Shown: piece by piece, positions 27,006-45,437 of the stretch | Numbering within the stretch: position 1 is the stretch's first letter | Layout: the number at the start of each line of letters is the position of its first letter | Sequence record: NC_028780.1 | Origin: Escherichia phage slur07 | Length of the DNA: 64,000 bases | Direction: 5' to 3' (one strand) | Notes under the pieces: generated by a model | Database searches by the model: none | Told to the model about the DNA's origin: nothing | What the model saw: the letters and a program-made list of their open reading frames with translations, nothing else | Made by a program: the position numbers and the translations under genes

Positions 27006-28571
27006 TTAGATACCTTTAACATATACACGGCGGAAGTAAGCGTTCTTACCAAGGCTGTTCAGGATAGAAGGCATACCACTCTGAATGCGAGAAGCCGGAG
27101 CCTGAGCAGCGGATTCTGCAAATGGGTTGATACCGATACCGTAACGAGTTTTGAATCCCATTACTGGTTGGAAGTTCTTCGGATCGGAACCACGCAGCGG
27201 AGTCAGAGCTACATATGGAGCATAGTAAATACCAGCATCCATTTCGTTCGGACCTTTATAACCTACAGTGAAATAATCCTGTTTAGCATACTGGTCGATG
27301 TATACGCGGTATTTACCACCAAGTACACCGGCAAATACAGACTTAGTAGTGTCGGTATTAAAACCGGAAGCCAGACCCTGTGCAGCGTAAGAAATACCAG
27401 TATCAACAGAAGCCAGTACGTTAACTACGTTACGGGAAGCGATAATGAAGTTACCTTCGCCGCGACCAGTCTGACGAGCAATTTCAACTGCTTCTTTATC
27501 AATCTGGAACAACAGAGATTTAAAGCTTTCACCGGCCCAACGAGCACCACGGATATCAATCGGGTCCTGGAAGTCAAATACACCAGCTTTAGAACCCGGA
27601 GTCAGGGTCATACCAGATTTACCAACCTGTGCAGAGTAGTTAATCCAATCAACAACTTCACGGTTGATTTCCAGCATGATTTCGGTAGCCAGAATACCAG
27701 ACAGTTCAGCATCAGCATCCATACCGTGAACAGCGCGGAGGTCTTGTGCTAATTCAATAGAGTAAGCAGCTTTCAGCTGACGAGATTTAGCTTCGATAAC
27801 TTGCTTATCGATACGGAAGCCCATTTCATTCCATGGGTTATCGGTAGAACCATTGAAACCTTCCTGAAGTTCAGCGATAGAAGTAGCCATACCTTCAGCG
27901 ATTTCTACCAGTGCACCAGCTTCCATTTGTTTCTTAATTTCAGCATCTAATTTAGCAGCATCAGTCGCACCAGCATCGATTGTTACTTGAACAGAAGCTT
28001 GCAGATACACAGTACCAGTGTCCTGGAAGAAGTGAGTATAGATATCACCTACTGTGGTTTGTGTGCTAGCAGCCAGAGCTGGGAATTTCTTAGCAGCACC
28101 CTGACCAGAGAACATTGCATCTGGACCATACATTGGGTGGAATGCTTCTTTAGCATCGGCAGCGATTGGGTCTTTACCGTATACAGCGCGCAGTGCGAAT
28201 ACCTGACCAGTCGGGCTGTTCATCGGCTGAACACCGCAAATATCGAAAGCAATCAGGTTAGGAATAGCACGACGTACCATACCCATAACAGCTGGGCCAA
28301 TCTGAGTTACTGCGCCAGAAGTCTGACCTGCAGCGATGTTGGTAGCATTGTAACCGTGGTCACCACCGATTTCAGCTTCTGTTAAGAAAGAACCGAATGC
28401 CTGAGCAATTTTTTCGTCTTTATATTCCGGAGCTGTCTGGAAATCTTTTTCCTGGTTTTCAAAGATTTTAGCGATAATCGCTTGTTTGCTATTAGCAATT
28501 TCCGGTAAACCTTCACCTTCCAGTAATGGCTTCCATTTGTTCAAAAGTTCAGCTTTAGTTTTGATAGTCAT
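27006..28571 (-). CDS. 23: major capsid protein
   Basis: 521 aa, T4 gp23 size; strong codon bias typical of a highly expressed late gene. Confidence 0.95.
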   Translation of the reverse strand: MTIKTKAELLNKWKPLLEGEGLPEIANSKQAIIAKIFENQEKDFQTAPEYKDEKIAQAFGSFLTEAEIGGDHGYNATNIAAGQTSGAVTQIGPAVMGMVRRAIPNLIAFDICGVQPMNSPTGQVFALRAVYGKDPIAADAKEAFHPMYGPDAMFSGQGAAKKFPALAASTQTTVGDIYTHFFQDTGTVYLQASVQVTIDAGATDAAKLDAEIKKQMEAGALVEIAEGMATSIAELQEGFNGSTDNPWNEMGFRIDKQVIEAKSRQLKAAYSIELAQDLRAVHGMDADAELSGILATEIMLEINREVVDWINYSAQVGKSGMTLTPGSKAGVFDFQDPIDIRGARWAGESFKSLLFQIDKEAVEIARQTGRGEGNFIIASRNVVNVLASVDTGISYAAQGLASGFNTDTTKSVFAGVLGGKYRVYIDQYAKQDYFTVGYKGPNEMDAGIYYAPYVALTPLRGSDPKNFQPVMGFKTRYGIGINPFAESAAQAPASRIQSGMPSILNSLGKNAYFRRVYVKGI

Positions 28572-28589
28572 TTGTGTTAACCTTTAAAA

Positions 28590-29399
28590 TTAGAAACGAG
28601 ATGCGACTTTCGCATATACACTTACAATATCTTCTGCACCAGGTGCAGCTTTATCTTCTACAGCTTCAGTGACGAAATTCAGTCCGGCTGCTTCAGTATC
28701 AGGAGTATTTATACTCTCAGTAATAGTGCTTTCATCTTTATTAGATTTCTTCACCATTTCTACGATTGCACTCAATTTACTTGAGAATGCATCTGAATAA
28801 TCCATACCTTCGACCAGAGCAGAGACTTTTTCTTTTTGAGACTCAGTCAGATCTTTAGTACTTTCGCTCAATGCCACTTCACGCTGCACATAATTGATAT
28901 ATGCGTCACGCTTATTGAGTTCTTCGAACAGACGAGCTGATTCTTCTTTATGTTCTTGCAGCTCTTCTTCCATTTCAGCTACAACATCAACTGATTCTTC
29001 TGGAACAACAACGTTGTGTTCAACAAAGAGCTCTTTTAATCCACCAAGCATGGATTCAAACAGTTCGGCTTTGATGCCTTTATCAACTGCTAATTTATTT
29101 TCAGCGAGCCATTCTTTTGCAAGATGGTCAATGAATTTAGAAGCTTGCTCAGCGATTTTCTTCTCAGCTTTTTCTTCGGCTTCTTCTTTATTTTTTTCTA
29201 CTTCTTCTTCTGCTTTTTCAGCAATTTTAGCGATATGAGATTCAGCTAATTTAACGGCGTGCTGCTTGACGGTAGCTTCGAATACAGTGCCGAAAGTTTC
29301 TTTTGCTTCCGGAGAAATATTAACTGATTCGAAAATACTATCAAGAGCAACGGAAGCATCAATTTTCTGCGCTTCAGCAATCAGTTGTTCTTTAAGCAT
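28590..29399 (-). CDS. 22: prohead core scaffold protein
   Basis: 269 aa, highly acidic coiled-coil, T4 gp22 size. Confidence 0.9.
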   Translation of the reverse strand: MLKEQLIAEAQKIDASVALDSIFESVNISPEAKETFGTVFEATVKQHAVKLAESHIAKIAEKAEEEVEKNKEEAEEKAEKKIAEQASKFIDHLAKEWLAENKLAVDKGIKAELFESMLGGLKELFVEHNVVVPEESVDVVAEMEEELQEHKEESARLFEELNKRDAYINYVQREVALSESTKDLTESQKEKVSALVEGMDYSDAFSSKLSAIVEMVKKSNKDESTITESINTPDTEAAGLNFVTEAVEDKAAPGAEDIVSVYAKVASRF

Positions 29400-29429
29400 T
29401 TTGTAGTCCTGTTGTTTAGATAATAATAT

Positions 29430-30068
29430 TTATAACGCTTTTTTCATGGCCTCTGCGAGAGCCATATAGGCGTCATCGGCACTTGTATCGGCTTCCGCCG
29501 TCTGTGATTCGGTAATTTCCTTAGGAGTTACCCATGCATCTGGAGCACTTGGACCCCATACTGCATCAACACCTACAGTTAATTTGAATCCTTCGTTTAC
29601 GATACGATAACCTTTATTTGTGTCAGTCAATGAACCTAATCCACGAGAAGAAACTCCTGGAATCCATCCGGCACGAATATTAGCTGCTAATTTATCTCCA
29701 GGACCATGGTCACCTTCAATAACACGAGCTCGTCCGTATACGTCATTTCCTTTCCACCACATATCTTCTATAATGATAGCGGCTTGCATCGGGTCAACAT
29801 TAGCGCGTGGAGGATGATTTAATTCTCCGAGAGCTTGTTTAGTTAAAACTTGCTCATTAATATAGTCTTTTACCGCTTTTTCTAATATACGTTTTGGATA
29901 AAGACGTTTATTTCTATTGACGACTTCCGCTTGCATGAATATTCCTTCGATGTATAAACCCGGTTTTAAACCTAAGTCTTTTCCATCGTGAGATTCAAGC
30001 ATTGGCACGCCATCAATAATTTCGCCAGGTTGACCCCAAGTTTCAATTAGTAATTGGGGTTCATTCAT
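29430..30068 (-). CDS. 21: prohead core protease
   Basis: 212 aa, T4 gp21 size; gene 22 late promoter (29427-29434) abuts its 3' end. Confidence 0.9.
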   Translation of the reverse strand: MNEPQLLIETWGQPGEIIDGVPMLESHDGKDLGLKPGLYIEGIFMQAEVVNRNKRLYPKRILEKAVKDYINEQVLTKQALGELNHPPRANVDPMQAAIIIEDMWWKGNDVYGRARVIEGDHGPGDKLAANIRAGWIPGVSSRGLGSLTDTNKGYRIVNEGFKLTVGVDAVWGPSAPDAWVTPKEITESQTAEADTSADDAYMALAEAMKKAL

Positions 30069-30493
30069 TAGCTTAATCCTAATGCTTTACGGCGTTTAAG
30101 AGCTTTTTTACGCTTACGCTGAGCACGAGATTGACCTGCTGGATTGGCAATCTTCGTTTTGGTAGCTTTACGAGCAATTTGTCTACGTTTTGCTTTAGAC
30201 AGCCCAGTGGTTTGAAATGCATTACGTTCACGCGTTTTGCGGTCTTTAGTGCGAGTAATTTCACCACGGGCGGAAACATGTTTAACGATAAATTCATTTA
30301 ACGGCATATTTTCATTAATAGAAGCTAATGCAACCGCTAAATCAGTTTCATCATCAAGCATATTCTCGACAATTGTATTTATATCGTCTTTATTTAAAGC
30401 AGAAGACAATTCGTCAAAGCGACCCTGTGCTTCAGGAATAAGTGCTTCGACATTCTCGAGAACTAATTCATGAGTTTCAGGGATCAGAAGCAT
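30068..30493 (-). CDS. 68: prohead core protein
   Basis: 141 aa; basic C-terminus; position between 67 and 21. Confidence 0.8.
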
Positions 30494-30740
30494 TATTCAT
30501 CATCCTCGTCTTCGTCATCTTCATCAGAGTCTTTGTCTTTTTTGTCGTCTTTATCATCACTATCTTCGTCTTCGTCATCATCCTCGTCATCAGGTTCTTC
30601 ACCTTCGATTAAGAAATTACGAGCGATAGCGATTTTTTCTTCTTTAATTAAATCAATCGTTCTTGCAGCCATGGCTTCAGCAAATAATTTACGAGCGGCT
30701 ACGAGGTCGTTTGATTTAATAGCTTCAATTAAACCTTCCA

Positions 30741-30741
<1 letters not shown>
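30493..30741 (-). CDS. 67: prohead core protein with poly-acidic tail
   Basis: 82 aa; C-terminal D/E run. Confidence 0.8.
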
Positions 30742-32366
<1,625 letters not shown>

Positions 32367-32398
32367 TTAAGCAGGATGGGGATTTCTCCCCATTCATT

Positions 32399-32890
32399 TT
32401 ATTCCCAATAATCGAGAGCAAGAGTTACTTCAAATGTTTGGATTTCATTGTTTGAATCCCAATCTAATTGAAGTTCACCCACGTTAGTAGGCCACAGACC
32501 TTTAATTTCAATTTCTTTTGTTACTGTTTTAGCGTCACGAGCATATTGACGAACGATAGCGCTCTTTTTATACTCTGCAGGTTTTCCACCAGTAATTTCG
32601 TTTCCTTGTCCCGCAGCAATGCTTTGCCAATCAACGAACTTCTGGCGAGCATCATGAGCTTCATCGTTCATTACTGTAACAGTCCAGTCATCGAATGTAC
32701 GATCGCCTGCTACGTTAATTTTACGGTTCATAAATCCGACTGGAATTTTTTCTACAATACCAGCTGGTAAAGCAGTGGCTTTACATTGAAACGTAAAATT
32801 TTGTCCAAGATAAGAAATTTCTACTTGGAATAAGTTAGGTCGCGCAAAATCACCCGATTCAAACGCGCGTGTTACATCATCTACAAACAT
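32399..32890 (-). CDS. 19: tail tube protein
   Basis: 163 aa, T4 gp19 size; late promoter at 32905-32912. Confidence 0.92.
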   Translation of the reverse strand: MFVDDVTRAFESGDFARPNLFQVEISYLGQNFTFQCKATALPAGIVEKIPVGFMNRKINVAGDRTFDDWTVTVMNDEAHDARQKFVDWQSIAAGQGNEITGGKPAEYKKSAIVRQYARDAKTVTKEIEIKGLWPTNVGELQLDWDSNNEIQTFEVTLALDYWE

Positions 32891-33006
32891 ATTAGCCTCT
32901 GTAGTATTTATATCCCTATGTTTAACCTAGGGCATATAGAATTAAAGAATTAAGGATATAGTGTATTTATATGGCCTGTCGAAACAGGCCTTTAGAATGC
33001 ACCGTA

Positions 33007-34986
33007 TTAACCTGCAAGACCAGTTAACTCATCGAAGTCTGCGCCAGTAGCAGTTGCTACGAAGTTTAAGGTAATGTAGTTAATGCTTCTAGCCGGTTGG
33101 ATGTAGAATGTTGCAACAAACTCATTTCTATCAATTACTGACGGAGTATTATTTGTTGTATCGCAAACTACACGATATTCATAAATTCCACCGAGAGCTT
33201 TAATTCCCTGTAAGTACTGGGCAGTTTCTGTGCGGAATGATGAACGAGTAAACGCGTTGTTTAATTCGAACAAACGATATTTTGAACTACGTCCGATATT
33301 CGTTTTCAACATATTAAACAGACGACGAACGTTAATACGATCAAACGGAGAAGGAACAGAAGTAGCTGTTTTATCACCATACAATACGTAACCATCACCA
33401 CCTGTACCAGTTACTGGGTTGATAGCTTCTTGATATAAACGGTCGCGCTGAGCTTGGCGAGTTTCAATAGCCAGTTTAATAACGTTAAGAATCTGACCAC
33501 GATTATAACCAGCTGGAGACATCCAAGTCTGAGATACGTTATCAGTTCTTGCGCATAAACCAGCAATATCAGCTGCTAATGGAACCCAACGATTCACATC
33601 ATTATATTTGTCATACTGATACTTATAGTTACCATCAATTGCTGCGTAGGTTGAACTGATATTAAAGTTATTATCAGTGTATGAACCTGCTGCAGTTCTC
33701 CAATTGACTAAGTTATCAACAGCACGAGTTACAGGAATTCCAACTACAGTTTCACGCGGAGGAGAGCATAATACTAAGCAATCTTGGCGAGCATCCCCAA
33801 TTGAAACGACGTGTTTTTGGACAGTAGATGCTGTTTCTAAAGATTCACCGGCACAAGAACCCGCAATAAACAGCTGAACGTCAACAGATTCACGGTCAGC
33901 AAAGAAGTCCCAAGCTTCCATCAAATCTCCTGCTGTTACTTCAGCATTTGATGATAATCCACCAGACAGAGTTAAAATTCCAGAGAAGCCTTCTGGCCAG
34001 TTTTGTGCAGTTGCAAAAATATATTCTGAGCCACCTTTTGCGAAAAAGTCATCGATATAGATGTTACTATCGTAAATATCTTTTTCACCACGCTTAGTTG
34101 AAAGAACAACGCTTTGAACAATAGCATCATTACGACGAACTATAATAGCGTACTGTGAATCAGTTTGTGGTCCATATCCAAACACTGCTTTAGCAGTAGA
34201 TGCACGAGTACCACCACCTGGATAAATTGGGAGTAATGCAGAAGCTCCTTTTGCATAGTCAGCTTTAGATACGATTTCAATTTCAATTTTATCGCCTAAT
34301 TCGCCTGGATAAAGAGCTACTACTCCTGGAATTCCATATTTTTCGAGATTTGCTTGAAAGTCAACAGCTGTCATAGCAGCTTCGGCATTTTCAATTTCAG
34401 CTAATAAAATACCAGAATCAGTAATAATTTTTCCAAGAGTTATTACTGCAGCTAAACCAGAGGAAGACGAAGAAATTTCCGCAGTCCAGTTAGAACCTAA
34501 TGCTGGATATTCGCCTACTTCTTTCGCTTTAGCGATAATTTTTGCGGTAGGAATATTAATTTTCTTAATTTTTCCATCAGCATCTACTTCAGTAATTTTA
34601 CCTTCTGTTTCAACATCTTCTGAAACATACTTAACAGTGATTTTATCTCCAACCGCGTAGTTACTACCTGGGGTAGAAATAGTGTATTCAATATTACCGG
34701 CAATCGGAGATGAGTTTTTAGCGGTATCTCTATCGACAGCACGCACAACTCGCAAATCATTTCCGTATTGTAAGAAATTCATTGCAGACATAAAATAGTC
34801 AGCAGTTTCAGCTGTAGGTTGACCAAAAGTATTAACTAAATCTACTTCATTTGTAACCTGTTTAATTTGAAAAGCAGGACCCCACTGGAATTTACCGGCC
34901 AAAGCTGCTGTACCAGTAGAGTTATTAACCACGGTGCTTTGAACCGTAGTTTCTTTGAGCTCAATGCCCGGAGATAATAAAGTCAT
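33007..34986 (-). CDS. 18: tail sheath protein
   Basis: 659 aa, T4 gp18 size. Confidence 0.93.
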   Translation of the reverse strand: MTLLSPGIELKETTVQSTVVNNSTGTAALAGKFQWGPAFQIKQVTNEVDLVNTFGQPTAETADYFMSAMNFLQYGNDLRVVRAVDRDTAKNSSPIAGNIEYTISTPGSNYAVGDKITVKYVSEDVETEGKITEVDADGKIKKINIPTAKIIAKAKEVGEYPALGSNWTAEISSSSSGLAAVITLGKIITDSGILLAEIENAEAAMTAVDFQANLEKYGIPGVVALYPGELGDKIEIEIVSKADYAKGASALLPIYPGGGTRASTAKAVFGYGPQTDSQYAIIVRRNDAIVQSVVLSTKRGEKDIYDSNIYIDDFFAKGGSEYIFATAQNWPEGFSGILTLSGGLSSNAEVTAGDLMEAWDFFADRESVDVQLFIAGSCAGESLETASTVQKHVVSIGDARQDCLVLCSPPRETVVGIPVTRAVDNLVNWRTAAGSYTDNNFNISSTYAAIDGNYKYQYDKYNDVNRWVPLAADIAGLCARTDNVSQTWMSPAGYNRGQILNVIKLAIETRQAQRDRLYQEAINPVTGTGGDGYVLYGDKTATSVPSPFDRINVRRLFNMLKTNIGRSSKYRLFELNNAFTRSSFRTETAQYLQGIKALGGIYEYRVVCDTTNNTPSVIDRNEFVATFYIQPARSINYITLNFVATATGADFDELTGLAG

Positions 34987-35017
34987 TTTTAATCCTCTTT
35001 AATATGCTTTAATATAT

Positions 35018-38155
<3,138 letters not shown>

Positions 38156-38196
38156 GATTTCTCCTAATCTGGGCTTTAATTAGTTTATAATATTTA

Positions 38197-39898
<1,702 letters not shown>

Positions 39899-39910
39899 TT
39901 AAAATCCTTT

Positions 39911-39926
39911 GGGGCCTTGCGGCCCC
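39911..39926 (-). terminator. hairpin (GGGGCC-TTGC-GGCCCC) after wac
   Basis: Perfect 6 bp GC stem between wac stop and gene 13 start. Confidence 0.5.
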
Positions 39927-39929
39927 ATG

Positions 39930-41393
39930 TTATGCTGGTGATAAAAAGGTAGAAAGCAATACCCATTCGCCGTCTTTACGAACGTAAGCTTGCCCATCTC
40001 TTGGCGCTTCAGGAATATAACCGGCTTCTTGGAGAGCTTGAACATCGCCTTGTAAAGAAGATATATTGCCTTTAGCTGTATTCACTTCTTGTGTAACTGA
40101 TGCAATGTTGGTTTCGTTAGCTTTTATTGAATTGGTTAATCCGCGTTCTTCAACAGTTGAACCGTTTGGATTAGTTCCATTTACTAAAGTATTTAACGCT
40201 ACAACTTGCCCTTTAATTCCTGTGCTGTTATTACCAATCTCTACTTGTAGGTTTTGAACATCATTATTCAAGCCTGAAACAGAAGTTTCAATTGTAGAAA
40301 CTCGGTTTAAAAGAGACCCAGGAGGAGAAGGTTGTCCACCACTAGAATCAGTTCCAACAATTTGGTTTAACCATGAAACATTCGCTCTTAAACCAGATGA
40401 AGTGTTTTCACCGACGATTCCATTTAGAGATTCGATTGAAGTTGTATTATCTTTGATTTGGCCTTTAATACTTGAAGGAATATCGTCTGATCCAATAGAA
40501 GTTTCAATAACGGTTAAACGCTGTTTAATACCTCCACTTTGATTTAGCTCTAAATTAATAGATGCAATATTATCAGTGTTTGTATTAACACTCGTGATAA
40601 TCGAATTATTTCCTGGATATCCTATTGAGGTATTAATAGCACTAATGTCAGACTCAACTGTTGTCTGTTTAGTGTCAATTTCATTTAAACGACTGTAAAC
40701 GTTCTGTGAAAATGACGGTGGTTTTGGTCCAAGCTCTTCGCGAAGATTACCAACTTCAATAGTCAAAGAACCTACATCAGATTCAATAAATTTTGTTTCT
40801 AATTCGCTTAAACGTATTCCCTGTGAAGTAATGACATCAGTATTATTAATAATGCGATGCTTCATTCCACTACTAGGATTTCCTACAACAGGAAGACCAT
40901 TAATATCTTGACCTGTGTATTGTCCAAGTTCACGCTTTATCCATAGTAAATCATTTCTGATCGTTCTGTATACAGAGTTGGCCTCGGAGTTAAATGGACC
41001 AATATCAGCAAGAATGCTGTCAACTGTACTATTAGTCCCATTTAATATTTCTGTATGTTCACTGGTTAGCGTTTTAAGGTCAGAAATATCATTTTTATTG
41101 ATACTTATTTGGGCCAAAGCTTCAATATCACCAGATACATCTAAGATGCCCTGAATTGTTTTAATATCACTATTTGCGGTTTCTAAAGATGTTTTAAGTA
41201 TTCCAATGTTTTTATCAAGAACTTCAACATTTCTTAGTACAGAAACTGTAGGTCTATTCATTGAACCTTCGCTTCCATACTGTGTGTCAGCTCCTAATAT
41301 TTCTTCGCCGTTTTTAATCCAGGAAATGCGGCTCTGGCCCTCTGCAGGAGGGCCGTCAACGAATGGTAAGTCATTCAGTACAATATCTGTCAT
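39930..41393 (-). CDS. wac: fibritin (whisker) coiled-coil protein
   Basis: 487 aa; heptad-rich; C-terminal [27 protein letters not shown] foldon. Confidence 0.93.
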   Translation of the reverse strand: MTDIVLNDLPFVDGPPAEGQSRISWIKNGEEILGADTQYGSEGSMNRPTVSVLRNVEVLDKNIGILKTSLETANSDIKTIQGILDVSGDIEALAQISINKNDISDLKTLTSEHTEILNGTNSTVDSILADIGPFNSEANSVYRTIRNDLLWIKRELGQYTGQDINGLPVVGNPSSGMKHRIINNTDVITSQGIRLSELETKFIESDVGSLTIEVGNLREELGPKPPSFSQNVYSRLNEIDTKQTTVESDISAINTSIGYPGNNSIITSVNTNTDNIASINLELNQSGGIKQRLTVIETSIGSDDIPSSIKGQIKDNTTSIESLNGIVGENTSSGLRANVSWLNQIVGTDSSGGQPSPPGSLLNRVSTIETSVSGLNNDVQNLQVEIGNNSTGIKGQVVALNTLVNGTNPNGSTVEERGLTNSIKANETNIASVTQEVNTAKGNISSLQGDVQALQEAGYIPEAPRDGQAYVRKDGEWVLLSTFLSPA

Positions 41394-42973
41394 TCTTTTA
41401 CCTTAATTATGTAGTTTAAAGAAATGTTCCATGGACGTGTTTCATTTCCAATTAATTCAGGGCGATTTAACGTATATTTGGAATTTCGCTGCGATGCCGG
41501 GTCAATTTCATATCCATCATTGGTGAAGTATGAACGGTTATCCCAGTCAAGTCCTTTACGTGTACCAACAAAATTTGATCTACGGGTATTACCGAATGCC
41601 CCAGAATCATCATGCTCACCAAATCCACCAGCATGTTTATGATAAGACATCTGCTGTTTCTGTACTTCACCAACATATCCACCAGTACAACCTACACCTA
41701 ATCTAGGTTTACCAAATTGGTCATTACCATTAACATTTGGATTTGTTAAGTGAGAGCCACGACCAGAGCCACGAACAAAAAGACCACGCATGTCAGGCAA
41801 TCCAGGATTTGATGAGCTTCCGCCATATCTTGTTCCAATTCTAGAAGCATATAATGGACAATCTGACGCTGAAACAGTTCCACCGTGGCAAAAACGCCAA
41901 GCATCACTAGGAAGACTATCAGCGGCCCACATCATAATAGCTCCGACAGGAATAGTTCTATCAATTTCATTTTGTGTTACGACACGCTTACCTTGAATAT
42001 AACCACCGGTCATGTTAACTGTTCCGGTAATATTTGCTCCACCTGAAGCTATTGTAAGCGTGTTATTAATGCGAAGTGTTCCATTGATAGTTTGACCGCC
42101 TCTTTGGTGGATAACGTCAGCATTCCAAGCTAAGGCTGATGAAGCATCTCCTCCACTCTGTGAACCGGCCGTTGTTGTTAATCTAACTACGCCTCTCATT
42201 GACGTTGTAGAACCACGACCATTAAGAGTTGCGCCAGTAACCGCAACAGAAGCATTATTCGAGTTAACTTCTGATTGTGTTCCTAATTTAATTACGCCTT
42301 TATATTCTTCAGTAGCAGATGAATTCATAAACGTATAAGGAGAAATTGCATAGCCTTCTCTCAAAGTTCCCTGACGAACCTGCGCTACTGTTGCTAATTG
42401 AACAACACCTTGGTCCGATTCAGTAGCTGTGGTTTCAGAAGGAGCAATTTGCGCAATTAATTTAATAGCTAACTGCTGTGTTTTTAATGGAGTCATTGCA
42501 GTAGTATCATCTGCACCAGCTAATGCTTGCGGTAGAGATGAAATTTTAATAACACCATTCGAGGATTCAGTTGAAACTCGTGTTTCAAACGCATTATTAA
42601 GAGCAACAGTAAATTTAGCTGGAGTTATAGAAGATTCATTATTAACTCCGGCAATGGCTTCATCATTGGTTGAATATCTTGTTAATCCGTAAACAGTTTC
42701 AGTTGCGTTTGGATATGATAATCTTGTTGCCAACGTTGCTGGTGTAACTGCTTTGGTATTATTAGTTCCATCTATAACTTCCTGTTCAGTGGCAAGAAAT
42801 AAAATTCCCTTTGTTGTTGACGATGCATCAGGAACTCCATTTACGCCAGCAGGAGAAATGGCTGCTATAGCAGCCTGAACATCAGTAATCTCTGGTGGAA
42901 AATTCGTATCGGTAGGATCAAATTTTACATAACGAGATTCATTAGAAACGTGTTGATATGTATTATTACTCAT
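41390..42973 (-). CDS. 12: short tail fibre protein
   Basis: 527 aa, T4 gp12 size. Confidence 0.9.
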   Translation of the reverse strand: MSNNTYQHVSNESRYVKFDPTDTNFPPEITDVQAAIAAISPAGVNGVPDASSTTKGILFLATEQEVIDGTNNTKAVTPATLATRLSYPNATETVYGLTRYSTNDEAIAGVNNESSITPAKFTVALNNAFETRVSTESSNGVIKISSLPQALAGADDTTAMTPLKTQQLAIKLIAQIAPSETTATESDQGVVQLATVAQVRQGTLREGYAISPYTFMNSSATEEYKGVIKLGTQSEVNSNNASVAVTGATLNGRGSTTSMRGVVRLTTTAGSQSGGDASSALAWNADVIHQRGGQTINGTLRINNTLTIASGGANITGTVNMTGGYIQGKRVVTQNEIDRTIPVGAIMMWAADSLPSDAWRFCHGGTVSASDCPLYASRIGTRYGGSSSNPGLPDMRGLFVRGSGRGSHLTNPNVNGNDQFGKPRLGVGCTGGYVGEVQKQQMSYHKHAGGFGEHDDSGAFGNTRRSNFVGTRKGLDWDNRSYFTNDGYEIDPASQRNSKYTLNRPELIGNETRPWNISLNYIIKVKE

Positions 42974-43629
42974 GCTGTTCTCTCAAAATGATAAAGTACT
43001 GTAGGAGTCTGCTGATTATCTAAAGTTACAGTTTGTGCGCCTAATAAATTCCATGTACCGTAGCCAGGTTTAGACTCAGAAATAATTTCCTGCGAAATAG
43101 TTATTCCATATGTAGAATATGTGCTTAATACATGTTTTTGATTGTCTAAATAAGTAACTTCTAATTTACTACCATCTGTTGGATGGTCTTTATATGAATT
43201 GATAGCAGTAAATGACGCAATAGCTTCTTGTAGTGCAACACGAACTTTGGCAACAAACTCGATAGCTGTCATTCCGGTTGTTGCTGAAACTGGAAGACCA
43301 AATACTAATACAGTAACAGGAGAACCAGGAGGAAGCGAATCATCTGTCACAGTTCCTGAAAATGCCCAATAATCAGTTTGAGAAACGCCCTCAGGAGAAA
43401 CACCAGTTTTATTAGTAATAATTGTACCAACGTCTTTTATAGAAAAATTATGAACGTCATTAATAGCTGATTCTACGTTTGGTTCATAAAATCCTTTCGC
43501 TAATTGAGAAATTGTCACTGACCCAACTGATTGACGATTCATTACATCTATATTACCAGCTTTAGGTCTAAAACCAAGAAAATCGGCTAAGCGGGAAATA
43601 ACTCCCGCTTTATTATTAAGTAAACTCAT
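42970..43629 (-). CDS. 11: baseplate wedge subunit / short tail fibre attachment
   Basis: ORF to 43647; start placed at Met giving recalled 219 aa of T4 gp11, overlapping gene 10 stop. Confidence 0.85.
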   Translation of the reverse strand: MSLLNNKAGVISRLADFLGFRPKAGNIDVMNRQSVGSVTISQLAKGFYEPNVESAINDVHNFSIKDVGTIITNKTGVSPEGVSQTDYWAFSGTVTDDSLPPGSPVTVLVFGLPVSATTGMTAIEFVAKVRVALQEAIASFTAINSYKDHPTDGSKLEVTYLDNQKHVLSTYSTYGITISQEIISESKPGYGTWNLLGAQTVTLDNQQTPTVLYHFERTA

Positions 43630-45437
43630 TATGCAATCCTTATCCAACGATAAACTGTAATATATGGTTGAATGTTAGTTATTGATGTTGGCGGAGTGTG
43701 AGTAGAGTTAGTAGATGCTTTAGCTTCACGGTATTTAGTGTAGATTGGACCGGATTCATCTGGATCGTATTGACACCCACCAACAATGACTGATCCATTT
43801 TCATCAACTATTAGAACTTCTTCATCTGTTTCAGTTGCAGGAAGATTAGCATTTTCCAATGTAATAGAAGTAGAACCACCTGTTCCACCTGCAGTATGCG
43901 AAGGATTTCCGCCAGAATCTAAATCGTTGTTATTTAGAGCAAAATTCGGATCCGAAATATCTTCATTCCATCCAACTAAAACTTTTCCTTGCCCAAATAA
44001 TTTCCATGAGCCAAATCCCATATATGTAACAGGGTTGTTTGGATTAACAGCGTTTTCATATATAGTTCCAATAGGATAAATCGTATCAAAGATATTTGAA
44101 ACAGCATTAAATTCGCGTTGATAAGATTGAACTGCTTCTACATTTGGCCAACCAATTTTATCGAAGTCTGTTAAATTTACATCACCAGAAATATCTACTC
44201 CCGGTCCTTGAGATACATAAAGATTATCAGTTTCATCAATAATCTCGTCTTTTGTTAATAATGTGCCTAAATCATTATTAAACCAGGTGATATTGATAAT
44301 GTCACCATGCTCAAATACTCTATCGAAATGTAAAATTTCCGGTATGCCGTTTTCATCAGTTTCAATTGAATAATCGGTATGAGATTGTTCCCAAGTTCCA
44401 CCTAAAACAGAGCATTCTACTTCATCGTCTGAATCGGCACCAACACAATGAAATAATGGCATTCCAACTGTGCCAGCTAATTCCTGCAAAATTCCATTAA
44501 AACGAACCTCAAGAGAGTTAGGATTAATAGGTTCTCCTGGAATTAATCCAAAAGCAGAAAATGGAATTGATTTCATTGTTGATAAATCAGTAACGTAAAT
44601 ACTTCCTTCTAAAGAAGTTTTTGACGTTAATTTTGAATCTAACAATCTAATTTGACGTCTTGTATATGAACTTCTCCACTGCGATACACCATCCATAAAT
44701 GTTTCAATTTGAACAGTGTCACCAATATTACAAGGCTGTCTTAATCGAATATTAAATCCATCAAGAGGAACTAGTTCTCCTTCATTTTCGCCCGGAGAGC
44801 CAAAATCGCTGTTTTCGCTAAACACATCGCCGTAATACAATTCGTTACCACGATGTTTTACTCTGATGTTATTTACATTATAACTGGTTCCACGGAAAAC
44901 ATCTAAAAAGTCTGTTTGTCCTTGGACTTCGACTAAAAATTCTTTACGAGCTACATTACTAATGTCTGAACTGGTAATTTTGTCAATTTGTTTATTTTTG
45001 ACATATTCCCAACGTCCTGGGGCACAATACACTAGTTCTAAATCGCTGAATTGAACATTAATTTCAACTGGTACTGCAGACCCTTTAATCGTATCGCCGG
45101 AAGCAGCTACTAGTGTAACTGGGTTGACGTTCCATGTAGCAAATACGTCTCTAGCTCTAATTACCTTGTTGTAATCATTAACTGTGCCCTTTGGAAGATT
45201 TATAGTCACTCTTCCAGAAGATGTATTAATAGCGTATGATTTTCCCCATTCTGCTGTTAATGTTTGTCCTGATGAAGCATTATAAGTTTTCCAGGCACCG
45301 GCTGAATATGGAACATCACCATCACCGAGTTCATAATAAAGCTCATCAAAGTTTTCATTTATTTTTATACCACCTTTACGCAGGTAGTCACCGGTACCAT
45401 CATCTACAACATTACCGATATTAATATTTTGTTTCAT
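43629..45437 (-). CDS. 10: baseplate wedge subunit
   Basis: 602 aa, T4 gp10 size. Confidence 0.9.
   Translation of the reverse strand: MKQNINIGNVVDDGTGDYLRKGGIKINENFDELYYELGDGDVPYSAGAWKTYNASSGQTLTAEWGKSYAINTSSGRVTINLPKGTVNDYNKVIRARDVFATWNVNPVTLVAASGDTIKGSAVPVEINVQFSDLELVYCAPGRWEYVKNKQIDKITSSDISNVARKEFLVEVQGQTDFLDVFRGTSYNVNNIRVKHRGNELYYGDVFSENSDFGSPGENEGELVPLDGFNIRLRQPCNIGDTVQIETFMDGVSQWRSSYTRRQIRLLDSKLTSKTSLEGSIYVTDLSTMKSIPFSAFGLIPGEPINPNSLEVRFNGILQELAGTVGMPLFHCVGADSDDEVECSVLGGTWEQSHTDYSIETDENGIPEILHFDRVFEHGDIINITWFNNDLGTLLTKDEIIDETDNLYVSQGPGVDISGDVNLTDFDKIGWPNVEAVQSYQREFNAVSNIFDTIYPIGTIYENAVNPNNPVTYMGFGSWKLFGQGKVLVGWNEDISDPNFALNNNDLDSGGNPSHTAGGTGGSTSITLENANLPATETDEEVLIVDENGSVIVGGCQYDPDESGPIYTKYREAKASTNSTHTPPTSITNIQPYITVYRWIRIA

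Noticed and set aside
27168-28385. Plus-strand ORFs of 194 and 132 aa inside the major capsid gene
   Set aside because: Antisense to a strongly supported, highly expressed gene 23; no RBS; composition is the mirror of its codon bias
28894-29238. Ser-rich 114 aa ORF on plus strand
   Set aside because: Antisense of the Glu/Lys-rich gene 22 scaffold; low-complexity artefact
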